NCBI GenBank assembly: GCA_973895155.1
Contig: OZ316899.1
Location: 5,769,241 to 5,833,240 of the forward strand
Direction: 5' to 3'
Length of the DNA: 64,000 nucleotides
From: Marsupella aquatica
Taxonomy: Eukaryota > Plantae > Marchantiophyta
Both the position numbers and the translations under genes were made by a program. The notes beneath the pieces are model-generated. The model was not told the DNA's origin. It saw nothing but the letters and a program-made list of their open reading frames with translations, and made no database searches. This document shows, piece by piece, positions 23,034-35,100 of the stretch. How positions within the stretch are numbered: the first letter of the stretch is position 1; each line of letters starts with the position of its first letter.

Positions 23034-24225
23034 CCAAAGTTGTTACTCATGCCAAAAGAACCAAACGGTCTATAGGGCAAAAGGAGGACTGTTGCAACCC
23101 TTATCAGTAGCTGCGGCTCCATGGGAGTCTATCCCCATGGACTTCATTGTTGGGTTACCTGAGTCCCACGGCAGTAACTCCATCTTAACAATCATGGATA
23201 GTTTTTCGAAGATGGCGTATTTCTTGCCTACTACAAAGATCGTTTTGGCCCAAGAGGTTACCGGTCTAGTGTTTGACAATGTCTTCCGACAATGGGGATT
23301 GTTGTTGCATATCCTGTCCAATTGCAATACCAAGTTCACGGGCCATTTCTAGAAGGCGTTGTTTTGGTTATCCGGAATGGACCTGACTAGGGGATCAACG
23401 TATCATCATGAGACAGATGGCCAAACAGAACGGGTTAATGGTATCGTGGAGGACTACTTGCGTCACTTTGTGTTGGCCAATCAAAAAGATTGGGCAAAGC
23501 ATTTAACAATGGCCGAGTTTAGGTATAACTTGACCAAGCATTCGGCGACAAGGTTTGCGCCGTTTGTGTTGGCCACACAAAGGATGCCAAGGGCGCCCTC
23601 CTGGTTTATAAATCCGGAAGCTTGGCGGACGGAAAGCAAGGTTCCTTCTGTGGACGATTTTATTTGAGAGCGACGCCTAGTTGTGGAAGCGGCTACCAAG
23701 GGTATGACCTTTGCCCAAAGTTGGTACAAGGAGCAAGGGGATAAACATCGACACTAGGTAAGCTTTGAAATTGGGGAGAGCGTCTGGTTGCAGTTGAGAC
23801 CTGAGCAATACCACGGGAACATAAGTAGGAAGTTGGCTTCCATATATGCGGGGCCCTATTGCATCATACAATGGGCCCACAAGGATAATTCGGTTTTGGT
23901 GGTGTTGGAGACACCCAAGGAAATGGGCGTGGGCAAAAGCTACCATGTTAGCCGGCTCAAGAAGTTTGTCAAAGACGATGATCCCAACCGGGATCAAGTC
24001 TTGCGTCTGGACACCACGCTGGTGGAGGACGCTGAGGAGTTTGAGGTGGAGGCAATTCTGGACCACCGTTACAAACGCAAGTTGGGGAGGCAAATCTTAG
24101 AGTATTTGGTGAAGTGGGCTGGCTACGATCAGGCCGAGAGTACTTGGGAATCGGAAGAAAATTTGGATAATGCCTCAGAGATCCTTGGAAGCTATCGTAA
24201 GCGAAGTGGCCTACCGCCATTGTGA
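23034..24225 (+). pseudogene. pol: Element A integrase core and C-terminal chromodomain
   Basis: PWESIPMDFIVGLP, YHHETDGQTERVN, YAGPY, then FEVEAILDHR...EYLVKWAGYDQAESTWESEENL. Confidence 0.93.
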
Positions 24226-24663
24226 ACTGGTACAGGCAGCTGTAGCTACCTTTGTGAGTTGTATCCTAGTTTCACTACTCTCGGCTTCTTAAGGATAAAG
24301 TCGGATTGCGTTGGGGCTAGAGGTTGTTGGGCGGCCAATTTTCTTTTTGCAAGTGGAGGTTGATGGTGCCCGCCTTACATATGTGGGCGGGCTGGTTTGA
24401 ACCAAAGGGGAGTACCCCAAGGGAAGGACAATGGGTCTGACGAGTTTGAAGTTAGCTTACCCGTTTGGACTGGCATCCTACTTGGATAAGTGGGATAGGT
24501 TAGAATTTCCTAAGTCTGGAATGCGCATACCAACCTGGTTTGCATCAGCCTTATGGGCAAACCATTTGTTACCTCATAAAAAATTTAAGGCCCAAAGTGG
24601 TCTATGCGTGTTGGAACGTTTACTCAGGTCACGCGGGCGTGACCATTTTTAAGGGGGGGTGCA

Positions 24664-26231
24664 AGTCGCGGAACTTGACTACCTTAACACTTAGCTCCGG
24701 TGTCGCTGACTCCAACGCCAAGCTCCCTTATGGTCCAGGCCCGGATAGGCCATCCGGGGAGGACTTAGCATGGGGAGACTTGCGGGCAATGAGACGTGGC
24801 ACTAGCAAGGCAGGAGCCAAGCTGGGGACACACACTAAGGACTTGGACTAGCGAATAACTGGTCGGGTCAAGGGGAAATGGGCCGGGCTCAAGGATGGCT
24901 GTCCGGACCTCCGGATGGACTTTGAGTTCTGAGGGCTTGAGTGTGAGCCCTCTTGGGCCCAAGGCCAATGGAGTTGACGCCATGGGCAATGGACGCTTGG
25001 GGCGCAAGTTGTGGCCTGATCCAGGTTGGGCCGGTCGGGGGCCCTAAGCGGCGATCGGATCTGAGGGCCTAGGCATGAGCACTGGGTCGGCCAGTTGTGG
25101 CCCGATCCGGGTTGGGCCGGTCGGGGCCCCTGAGCGGCAATCGGATCTGAGGGCCTAGGCATGAGCACTGGGTCGGCCCGATCACAACGGGCTAAGGCAC
25201 TCCGCTTGCGGATGCCTAACGGGAAAGTTATGGGCGTTGCCAGTTGGTGGCGCGCCCATTATGCGCGATAGGATCCGGGTTGGGGGCCAAACGATTAGGG
25301 ACCAAAGCTGGTCCGGGTGTGGCAGGTCTCCAGCAGCATATATGAGGGGAGTCGTGTCTCCCTGGGGGCTAAGAGCAAGCCAAAGTCGTGTGCCACGGCG
25401 GTGGCGACACCAAGGGAAACCGCCAAACGGAAATGACGATATCTTCCGACGGAAAGGACTTCTTGGGTGCATTGGAAAGATCTTGAAGAGGGCTACGCCC
25501 TCCTAATCTCAGCTGGGTCTGGGGGTACCTTGGGTTCTCAGGGTTTGGGGGTGTTAATTCGCCTGCTTGCCAAATCTTGCCGAACAGCAGCCAAGCCGCG
25601 TTCAATCTCCCAAGGGAGCTTGCGTTGGGGAGGCAAGGCCAAGTAGGTGTGGAGGTTGAGTCTCGGGAGTTTTTGGTCCCTAGACCATCAGTGGGGCAAA
25701 CCGGGAGTTGGTTGCTAGAGCCGGGGCCATTCTGGTCCCGGCATGTTGGGACAAGCTTGGGACAAGCTTTAGGACAAGCTACGCTACTTGGGCCATGAGC
25801 ATGTCCTGGGGTCAGGGTGGTCAGTTGGTGATGGATAGGTACAAGGGGGAACCCGGGCCGCGCCCAAGGAAGGAGCTGTTCAGGACAAACAGTGGGCGTG
25901 GGTTCTGGTTCCGGCTTATCGCATCGGGAGGACTTATCGCTGACCTATTTACCAATGTCTGTTGAGCTTGAGTTAGGATGCTAGACTTGGCAAGTTCTAG
26001 ATCCTGAGGGGTTACTTACCGAAGTGCTTGGTTGCTTGTGCAGATAGTGAGGACCGTTGAGTAGCGGTCGTGTAGGTGAGCAAGTGCGGCTTCGTATGGG
26101 AGGGGCCACTGGTGGTGCAAGTGGCACTAGGGTGCTTGCTCGAGGTATTCCGTGGAGGCATTCGGGCACCAGGGGCACTTAGGCGTGAGTGCTGGGATTG
26201 GTGAGGGCGTTGGGTGGCGGGGTCCACCACT
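24664..26231 (+). repeat. Element A 3' LTR with AGT...ACT ends and an internal 86-bp tandem duplication (about 25007-25178)
   Basis: PPT AAGGGGGGG at 24651-24659; homologous to 44006-45461. Confidence 0.85.
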
Positions 26232-27349
26232 TTGTGTGAGGACGGTCCTCCAACCGTCTTTCCTTTGCGGGCCGCCTATCCTTGGGTTCTCTAGTGGATT
26301 TTGGTGACACTCCCCGCGTCTTGCGGGCACCATGACCTCCCGGGGCTGAGGCATCACCCGCATTGCCCTAGTTCTGCTTGGTCAAATTATCCACAATGAC
26401 GTCCGGCTTGACATCATCCTCTAGTTCCGTCATTGCCCGACTTGTCCTCTAGAGGATCGACTACCTCATTTCCTTTAAGTTGACTGCGCTCCACACTTGA
26501 TGTGTTTGTTGCGGCGGTCAACGGTTCAGCTGCCACATCCTCGTCATGCTGCTTGTAACGTTCATCTAGGGAAGTCAACCCGTCCTCCTTCTGTTCTTCT
26601 TGAACTTGGGCTCTCCCCTTGGTGGGAGGAGCCTGCTTGCCACTCTTTGATCGAGTGTTCTTCACCATGTCTCCAGTGACCAAATCTGCCCACAGTCAAC
26701 TCGCCGGGCATGTTGAAGGACTAAGTCCCCACAAAAATCCGTAAGGATTTTTGGATTCTGACTTAGCACAACCCCTGCCCGGTGTCTATGCCAGCAATCG
26801 CTCTAATACCACAAGTGGTGGACCTTGCCACCCAGCGCCCTCACCAATCCCGACACCAACGCCTAAGTGCCCCTGGTGCCTGAACGCCTCAGTCCACGGA
26901 ATACCTTGAGCAAGTAACCTAGTGCCCTTTTACACCACCAGTGGCCCCTCCCATACAAAGTTGCACTTGCTCTCCCACACAACTACTACTCAATGGTCCT
27001 CATTGTCTACGCAAGCAACCAAGCGTCTCGGTAAGTAACCCTTCAGGATCTACATCTCCCCAAGTCTAGCATCCTAACTCAAGCTCAATAGACATTGGTA
27101 AGTAGGTCAGTGATAGGTCCTCCCGATGCCATAAGCCGGAACCAAAACCCACGCCCACTGTTTGTCCAGAATAGTTCCTTCCTCGGGCGCGGTCCGGGTT
27201 CCTCCTCGTACCTATCCATCACCAACTGACCGCCCTGACCCCAGGACATGTTCATGGCCCAAATAGCGTAGCTTGTCCCAACATGCCGGGACCAGAATGG
27301 TCCCGACTCTAGCAACCAACTCTCGATTCTTGCCCCACTGATGGTCTAG
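26232..27349 (-). mobile_element. A-family relic A': partial 5' LTR (26814-27349), tRNA-iMet PBS (26800-26811) and start of gag, interrupted by element A
   Basis: TGGTATTAGAGC on -; ORF MVKNTRSKSGKQ at 26414-26683; inverted LTR homology. Confidence 0.8.
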
Positions 27350-27685
27350 GGCCAAAGGCCAATGGAGTTGATGTCATGGGCAACGGACCTATTGCTGACC
27401 TACTTACCAATGTCTATTGAGCTTGAGTTAGGATACTAGACTTGGGAGATCTAGATCTTGAGGGGTTACTTACCAAGACGCTTGGTTGCTTGTGCAGACA
27501 ATGAGGACCATTGAGTAGCGGTTGAGTTTAGTGGCAAGCGCGGCTTTGTATGGGAGGGGCCGTAGGCGGTGCAAGGGACACCAGGTTGCTTGCTCAAGGT
27601 ATTCCATGGAAGCGCTCAGGCACCGGGGGCACTTAGGCATGGGTGCTGGGATTGGTGAGGGCACCGGGTGGCAAGGTCCACCACT
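27350..27685 (+). repeat. Internally deleted A-family LTR in opposite orientation, forming a fold-back with 26814-27120
   Basis: Matches about 24955-24995 joined through GGAC microhomology to about 25929-26231. Confidence 0.8.
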
Positions 27686-28130
27686 ACTGGTGATTTAGAA
27701 GACGAATTGAATTCCAATAGATCAATACTTTCACTAACTCTGGAATATTATAGTCCTCTTGGAATTTTGATAGTGTACTTTTGGAAAATTGAATGCTACT
27801 TCTTAGAAATTTCAAAACTGTTACAACCCATAGGTTAGGCTAACCCTAGGATTAAGGCAACCTTGGCTAGATCAAGGGTTAAGGTGGTAGTTACGACTAC
27901 CCACCTATGTAATACCTGGGAGAGTGTGGATATCCCATTCATTCCATTATCAATACATATACATGTTGGAGAGTGAGATCTGGCTATGGTGTCTATTAAC
28001 ACGTTATCAGCACGAGCTTCAATCTTTGAATTTGTTTTTAGAGATTTTAGAAATCTTTTAGCCTTGATTCTTAGATTTTATATGGACTCCGGATTCAAAA
28101 TCAAATTGAGCTATTTGAATATTACAAAGG

Positions 28131-30490
28131 TGTTGCACCAATAATCCGGGCCTTAAATCTGAGTTAGCATATTTGGCATGGCTCAGCCACCAGTAAGGGT
28201 GAGGTTTTGAGCAAGGAGGGGTGTAGTGGCCCTATTTAGTCAGAAACGGACTATATATATTGGTACAGTATTACACAACCATCGTACCATCATAGGTATA
28301 TTTGACTTCCACCGCTGGAATGAGCCCACAGTTAGTGACTCGGACTAACTCCCGGCTTGGGGACTCTCAAGCCATTGCCAACGACCAGACCTTGCAGCAC
28401 ACACTTCCTTACAATCCCAACCATTAGTCTGCACCCAGCACGTCCCTTGAATGGCGCCTTTGTCAAGGCAAGGCATGCATGCAACACAGACTACTCACAA
28501 AAGATTGGAGGGAAGGACAAGATTTACTCAGATAAGCAGAAGCACTTTACATAGTTGGCTTGACTTCTAAATGATCAGTAGGCCTAACGGCAGTCAATAC
28601 CCAGTCTCTACGTGACCCCGTCTTGCACTTGCCTAGCAAGCTCAACTCTGGCTCTCACTCCTTAGTGCTCTTTGATCCTACTTAGGGGGGGACTCCTCGT
28701 GCATTGTGCGTACTTACTTACAAAAATAAACCACAAGCCTCCCCTTTCCTAGAAAAAAGGGGAACCTAAATACTTCTCTCCAAGGGCCGGGGGAAGAATG
28801 CTACCTCCCCTAGCAAGCGCCTGACTAACTAACAACTGATTGACACGGTTGACTGCCAACATACCATCGAGTTGATTGTCAACGGCCGAGGTGGTTGACT
28901 GCAGCGCTAACACCTAAATCCTATTGTCATTTGTTTCTAGTCTGTTGATTGCTGTCTATCCTACGCTTGATGATCTTAACTAACTTGTCCTAATCCTGCC
29001 TACTGCGTTGCTAATCGGTGCCTAATGATAGCTATTTTGTCGCTATGGTTAACTCAAAAAGATGCCTCTGTCCGCCGGCTGCACAGCGGTTGCCTGACCG
29101 CCCCCCGCTAACCACCCCTTATGCGCGTCACGCTGTCGGTCCAGGGTTTGTCCCTCTGTTGGGCTGGGGCCTTGAGCTGCCCTGATCAGAGGCATTTCTT
29201 GCCCCACCCCTCTGGCTTACCAGCAACATGATTCGCTCCTGCAGGGCCTTGTTGTCCCGCACTGCCTCCTCCGCCTTGTTAGAGAATTTGTCCACCTTCG
29301 TTTGGAGTCAGGCCACTTGTGCACTAAGCAGGACATTTGTTTTAAGGTTGGCCTGGTTCTAGGCCAACTGCTTATCCCGATCAACGGTGATCATATTCAC
29401 CTGTTGGGCAGCCTAAACAAACTGGTTGTTCAGATTGGTCAGGATGGTAACTCGAGCCAAGGACTCCATTTCCAGCTGAAGCACCATAGTCTCTAGTCCT
29501 TTAAGGTTTGCCTAAGTCTTGAGTAGCTCCTGATTTAGTATGTCCCATTGTTCCAAGATGCGGACTAACTCCTCGTGGCGAGAGGTGGTAGCCTCCTCTA
29601 GTTCCATAGTCATCTGAAGATCCCCAATCTCATTCCCTTTGGCCATAAGCTCATCCTCCAAGCGGGTTACCAGCCATGGGTAGTGATCTAACATGAAGAA
29701 GGCTGGTTGGAAGTAATGTGTGACCTGTTGCCCAATGTATGTTGCTAAGTCCCCGGATAGGTCCTGACTAAATATCTGGACCAAATTGTGGGCCAAGGTC
29801 CCGGGACTACCTGGTAGTCCTCCACTCTCTTGGGCAAGGGTGCATCCATGGTCAGGGCGATGCCATTCTCCATAGTCCACACCGGGGAGGGAATGGGTTC
29901 CTCAGGTGGTGGAGGAATTAGGGGTGGTTGAGTTGGGAGCAGCGGGTGGTGGTGGTGGTGGCGCATTTTTCACAATGGTGCCAAACAGAGTAGAGGCGGG
30001 GAGTAGGTTGTGATGCAACGGAGTTGGGGTTTACCCGAGCAGTGGTGGTCGGGGTGCTCAGTGGGGGTGCCATCGTTGGGGCCAAGGTGGCCATATTCTT
30101 CCCTTTGGCTTCGCACCGGTATTTGTACGTACCAGCCTAGGATAATCGCAATGTGGCTCCCCAGGTAGGTCTTCCCTCCGATAGGCATGCCTGTCTGAGC
30201 TTGCTTGAGCTCTCCCAAAAATTGGCAACTAAAGAATTGGGTCTAGTTCTGCCACTTGCACTACTCCACCTGCACAATCGTGCAGAGGGAAATCTTGGAA
30301 TGAGGTTCAATCATATGTAGGGTAGTCCGTATGAAGTTGAGTTGCTCCATACAGGTCAGGTTGGTACATGAGCCTTGCTTGTACCCATTGTCCATTTTGC
30401 CCTCAGGCTTGAAGTGCCGCGGTGTGTACTCCTTATCCCAAATCTGGAGTTTGACCGACACCGGCCCGGTTGGCAGACAAAGTATCTGAT
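28131..30490 (-). mobile_element. S2: truncated, decayed relative of S1 (LTR end plus pseudogenised ORF)
   Basis: TGT terminus at 28131 and shared motif at 28293-28320. Peptides GGKTYLGSHIAIILGWY, DNGY..MEQLNFIRTTLHMIEP and FSQDLSGDLATYIGQQVTHYF align to the 882-aa protein. Confidence 0.8.
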
Positions 30491-32147
30491 GAGGATGATA
30501 CCCCATTGCAGTCAGGGGAATGAGAAAGAAGGGAAACTTGTGATCGAGAGAGGAAGGTAAGGTTTGAAGAAGAGGAAATCGAGAATCAACCGGCTGCTGA
30601 AAAGCCGATTAGGAAGGATCCGGGTTGGGTGCTCGGAAGAGATTTGGATCAGGCCATGTATCCGGAAATGGTGGCCAAAAAGTTTTGGAGCCAGCAGGCT
30701 CAAGGGTTTTCCAATGCTGAGCTATTTAGGAGCATGAAGCGAGAGATCCAGGAAGCCATTTTGGAGAGGTCAAAGAGAAAACGGAGATACAAAGAGGGAC
30801 CTCATACCTTGATGGGGGAGGCCCAAGGGTTGGACTTGGGTGGATTTTGGACTTATGCAACCATTGCTGATGCAGAAACTGATGATGAGTTTGAGGATGC
30901 GAACAAGGAATTTGAAGAGGAAGCTGAAAAGAGCGAAGTTGGAGTTGTGCTCGATGATAGGCTCGTGGCCAGAGTCAAAAGTCCAGCGACTGAGGTCCAG
31001 GTAAGGTCGTTTGCAGGCTTTGGAACGACGAAGGAAGGTTTCACTTACCAAGATGGGCATTGGGCAAGGGCTTGCCCAGAAGGCAAATGCAAAATAAGGG
31101 GAATGAAAGGCAAAGTGAGGGCCTTGTTTGACTCAAGTTCCGAGATTAACTTGATGTCTAAAAGTGTTTATGAAAAGGGGCAATGGATGATTGATAAGGA
31201 GTTAGTTTGGGCTGTGAATTCTGTGAGTTCCATGAGGGATTTCCTTTCACTACAACATATTTTGCCCTTTTGCGAAGCTCATTTGCGTCCGGACACACGT
31301 TTGTGATTCCAGATGCTTCAAACCGTTGATGACTCAATACGCATTGCAATTTGCGATACTTGTGGTATCGCAACTTTGGTCTTCCATGCGATTTGCATCG
31401 CAAACATTTTGCGAACTTTATTGTATCACAATATTTTGCGAAACTACAGAGATTACAAAACACATTACGAAGGCTCCGCGACCGCTCCGAAAGTCCGAAA
31501 CCACGGTAACATTAATGATGCGAAACAATTAGTATTGGAGGATGTTTGCGAAAAGGTTAGCTTCAAACAATTTGCGATGGGTTTGTATGGCAAATGTGCG
31601 AAACGATGTGGATGGTAAATGTGGGATGGTCTGGATATCGCAAAATAGTGAAGCGTATAGTATGGAATAATTGAGAAACGGTTTAAATGGCAGAATTGCG
31701 ATTTGGTTGGGATTTGTTTAGTTTCGCAAACAGTTCGCAAACGTTTATGTTAGACTTGTGTGTGCATCTAGGTTAGAGTTTGAATGGGGGAGGAGGAGGG
31801 AGGGAGGTGAAAGGTGAAAGAGGGAGGAAGGGAGTTGGAAGGTGGATGAGGGACAGAGGAAGAAGGGAGTCCAAAGAGGGTTTACTAAAAATAGGAGAGA
31901 CTTTAGCGAAGAGGGAGGGAGGAGAAAAAGCTATGGAGTTTTTGGAAGAGGAAGGAGAGTTTGGGTTCAAAGAGGGAGGAGGGATAAGGGAGGGAGTACC
32001 CATGTCACTTATATGCATGACCTCTTTTGAAAGTAGGAGTCCAACATGAAAATACCTACCACACTAATGGTGTATGAAATATTAATTAAGAAACAACATG
32101 AACAATCCATGATATAGATTTTTGGTTTAAATATCCATAAGTGTCTC

Positions 32148-35100
32148 TCACACTTGGTCACCTTCAATGTCCTCTACATCTGACACAAAAATAGTGTCTG
32201 GCTTGTCTGAAACAATGGAACGAGACCGTGGCACATATGTGATGACAAGTGACCACTCTGGGTCTAAGGGGTATGGAACGTAGAAACATTGCTCCAAGTG
32301 AGATGGGAAAGTAAATGGCTCTGACGTTTGCCAATGAGATGCTTGAAAACTAGTGGCACTTGTCCTCAACCGTGTAAACCCACTCTCATCTTGGAGTACA
32401 GTGCGATTATTACCAACAAGGTTCACTTTGAACCACTTGCACTTGAAGACATACTCCTCAAACTTAGATTGGTTGTCATATGAGACCACCAAAATCTCCT
32501 CTATCTTCCCATAGTGTGGCACAACATCACGAACAATGTTCCTGTCATGTCGGCTACTCTGGGAGTCCAGACAAAACTGCCCTTGAACTCCACAATCAAA
32601 AGTACGAGCCCTCTTCTCATCAAGGGAAGAAATCCTGAAATTAACAAGACCCATATATTGTTACTACTACACAAAAAACACTAATCATGTTATGAGGAAC
32701 CTTTCATACCAAAAGAGAAAAACACACTTATCTTAAGTAAAATGATTACTATATCTTAAGTAGTAGTACATGAATATGGAAAACAAGGTTAGGAACTAGT
32801 GAAACCTGAAGTGTCTCCCTTGGGTCCACATGGCCGTCTTGGATGTTACCACTCTCAAAGGGCCATGAACAATTGTCCAAGTGTCATTTGTCATAGTAGG
32901 AAACTGTGAGACATCTCCTCCTTGTGCCAAAATGCCATCCAACTCAACCAACTTTTCCTTCATAAACTCATGCAACTTAGGAAAAATCCTTGCCCTTTGA
33001 CTCATTCTTTTGGCATTGTCATAAAACTCCCTCCATTCATCCATGACATTGCTATTACTCAACATGAATGTATTCAACTGTGTCCACTCTGTTGATGTAA
33101 GCATGCGTGTTTTTGTTGCTCCTGTTAAACGGTCCTCCTCCTCTTGCCTCTCCTCCATCCAAGTACTGGTAAAGTCCGATCAATGGTGGCCAAGATGTTA
33201 CTACAATAAAACATGCTCTCTGCAGCCAAGTATCCTGTAGCTATGCTTCCCTCCACTCGTGCACGGTTACGTACATAAGCCTTCAAGATTGACATGTAAC
33301 GCTCAAGCCAGTACATCCATCGACAATGAACTGGACCAGCAATGGCAACCTCCCTCACAAGATGCACAAGTAAATGAACCTGACAATCAAAGAAGGAAGG
33401 AGGGAGGGCCTTCTCCAACTTGCAAACCACCTCAGCAGCCAATACCTCCATTCCAGGAATCTCTTCCACATATATCTCCTTTGAGCATATCCATCTCAAC
33501 AAACGACCCAATGACCAAATGGCATCTTGCACTTATTTGGTCCCCAACCCTATAATTGCCACTGGCAATATATGCTGCAATAAGCGGTGATAGTCATGTG
33601 TCTTGAGATACCGTGGCCATTTGTGATTGTCCTCCATCCCAAAAGCTTTCCTCAAATTGGCACCACAACCTGTAGGAAACCGCATCTCCCCTATACGATT
33701 CCGGAATTCACGTCTTTGGCCAACACTAAGCACCCAAGGAGCAGAAGGACGATGTTCCAAACCTGTGGCAGGATCAACTTGTACCCATACATCTGGATGC
33801 ATTTCCAACTCTTCACATGCCTCCCTGAAGTTAGTGTCCTTCTCCCCATAAAAATGAGCTATCAACGCCTTCCCCACATTTCCCTCTATGTGCATGGGGT
33901 CTAAAAGATGGCGGATCTTCAACTCTGACCAATAGGGCAAACTGGCTAGTATACTCCACCTCGTCAACCCAGTACCATCAAAGGTGAGGGGATCATCAGG
34001 GTCTGCCACCCTATCAGCTAGTGACTTCCAATGCCCAAAAGTTGTTGGTTCCGGAATTTCCCGCATATCACCAAGGGGCATGTCAAAGGAGGAAAATAAA
34101 AGTGGGTCAGACCTCATCTCATGCCCCATCGGAAGAAACTTTGTATGCCCAATGTAAACAATCTTCCTAAGCCATGGGGACCAAATTGCCATATCTTGCA
34201 ATTGTGGACCACAGGTGGAGCAAGCTTTGTACCCCTGAGTTTGCAATCCAGAGACAAAGCCAAACCCTGGTTACACCAAAAATAAAACCAGACTAAATGT
34301 TAGGGTTGTCACATGACAAACAAGTATATTAAAGAGCATATCAAAGAAGGGTGGCATATGGTCAAAAAGTCATCTTACCAGGATAGTCATGCATTGTCCA
34401 ACAAACTACCCCTCTCAATTTAAATACACGTGGAATGCCTCCTGTATTTTTCCTGCCATCATATGCCCACACTCCACCCCACAGTTTTTGGAGTTCTCCA
34501 ATCAATAGTGCCAAATAAGTGTCAAAGTTCTTCACCTTTTTTGGACCTGGAATAATCAAAGACAGCAAGAGGAACCCCTTCTTCATGGATAGCCATGGTG
34601 GAAGGTTGTAATTCATCACAACCACAGGCCAAACTGATGTAGGTCTTCCCTTGCCTCCAAGGGCATGAAGACTAACCCCATCAGATGCCAATCCCAACCT
34701 CACATGACGAGGATCATGTGCAAAGTCTGGCCATGTTTCCTCAATATGTTTGACTGCAGGAGAGTCAATTGGCAACCGCATAACACCAGGCTCTGATCGA
34801 TGAGTCTTATGCCATACCATCAACTCTGCCAAATCAGAACACCTGTACATGTGCAACAACCGAGGAATGATGGGAAACCAACGAACAGCTTTTCTTGGCA
34901 CCTTCTTTGTAATCATGTTGGGGTCATACCGTGGCTCATGACATTTAGTACATTGTGTCTTCTTCTCATCGGCCCCATGAAATAACATGCAATCATTCAC
35001 ACATGCATGAATGATATGATATTCCATGTCAATTGATGAGAGAACACGCTTGGCCTCCTTCCAAGTTCCTGGCAACACATTGCCAAAAGGTAACATAAGG

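Larger units (their letters stand above)
1..26231 (+). mobile_element. Element A: Ty3/Gypsy chromovirus LTR retrotransposon; 5' part lies outside the window; interrupted by S1 and B
   Basis: PR-RT-RNaseH-INT-chromodomain order. The reading frame is restored across both insertions (VGYFS|SKPRLNPKEMRW and KSVLQHV|QSCYSCQ). PPT and 3' LTR present. Confidence 0.93.

Noticed and set aside
24431-26363. Short ORFs in A-family LTRs
   Set aside because: Mostly non-ATG starts, and frames differ between copies.
27686-28130. AT-rich spacer between A' and S2
   Set aside because: No recognisable motif or ORF.
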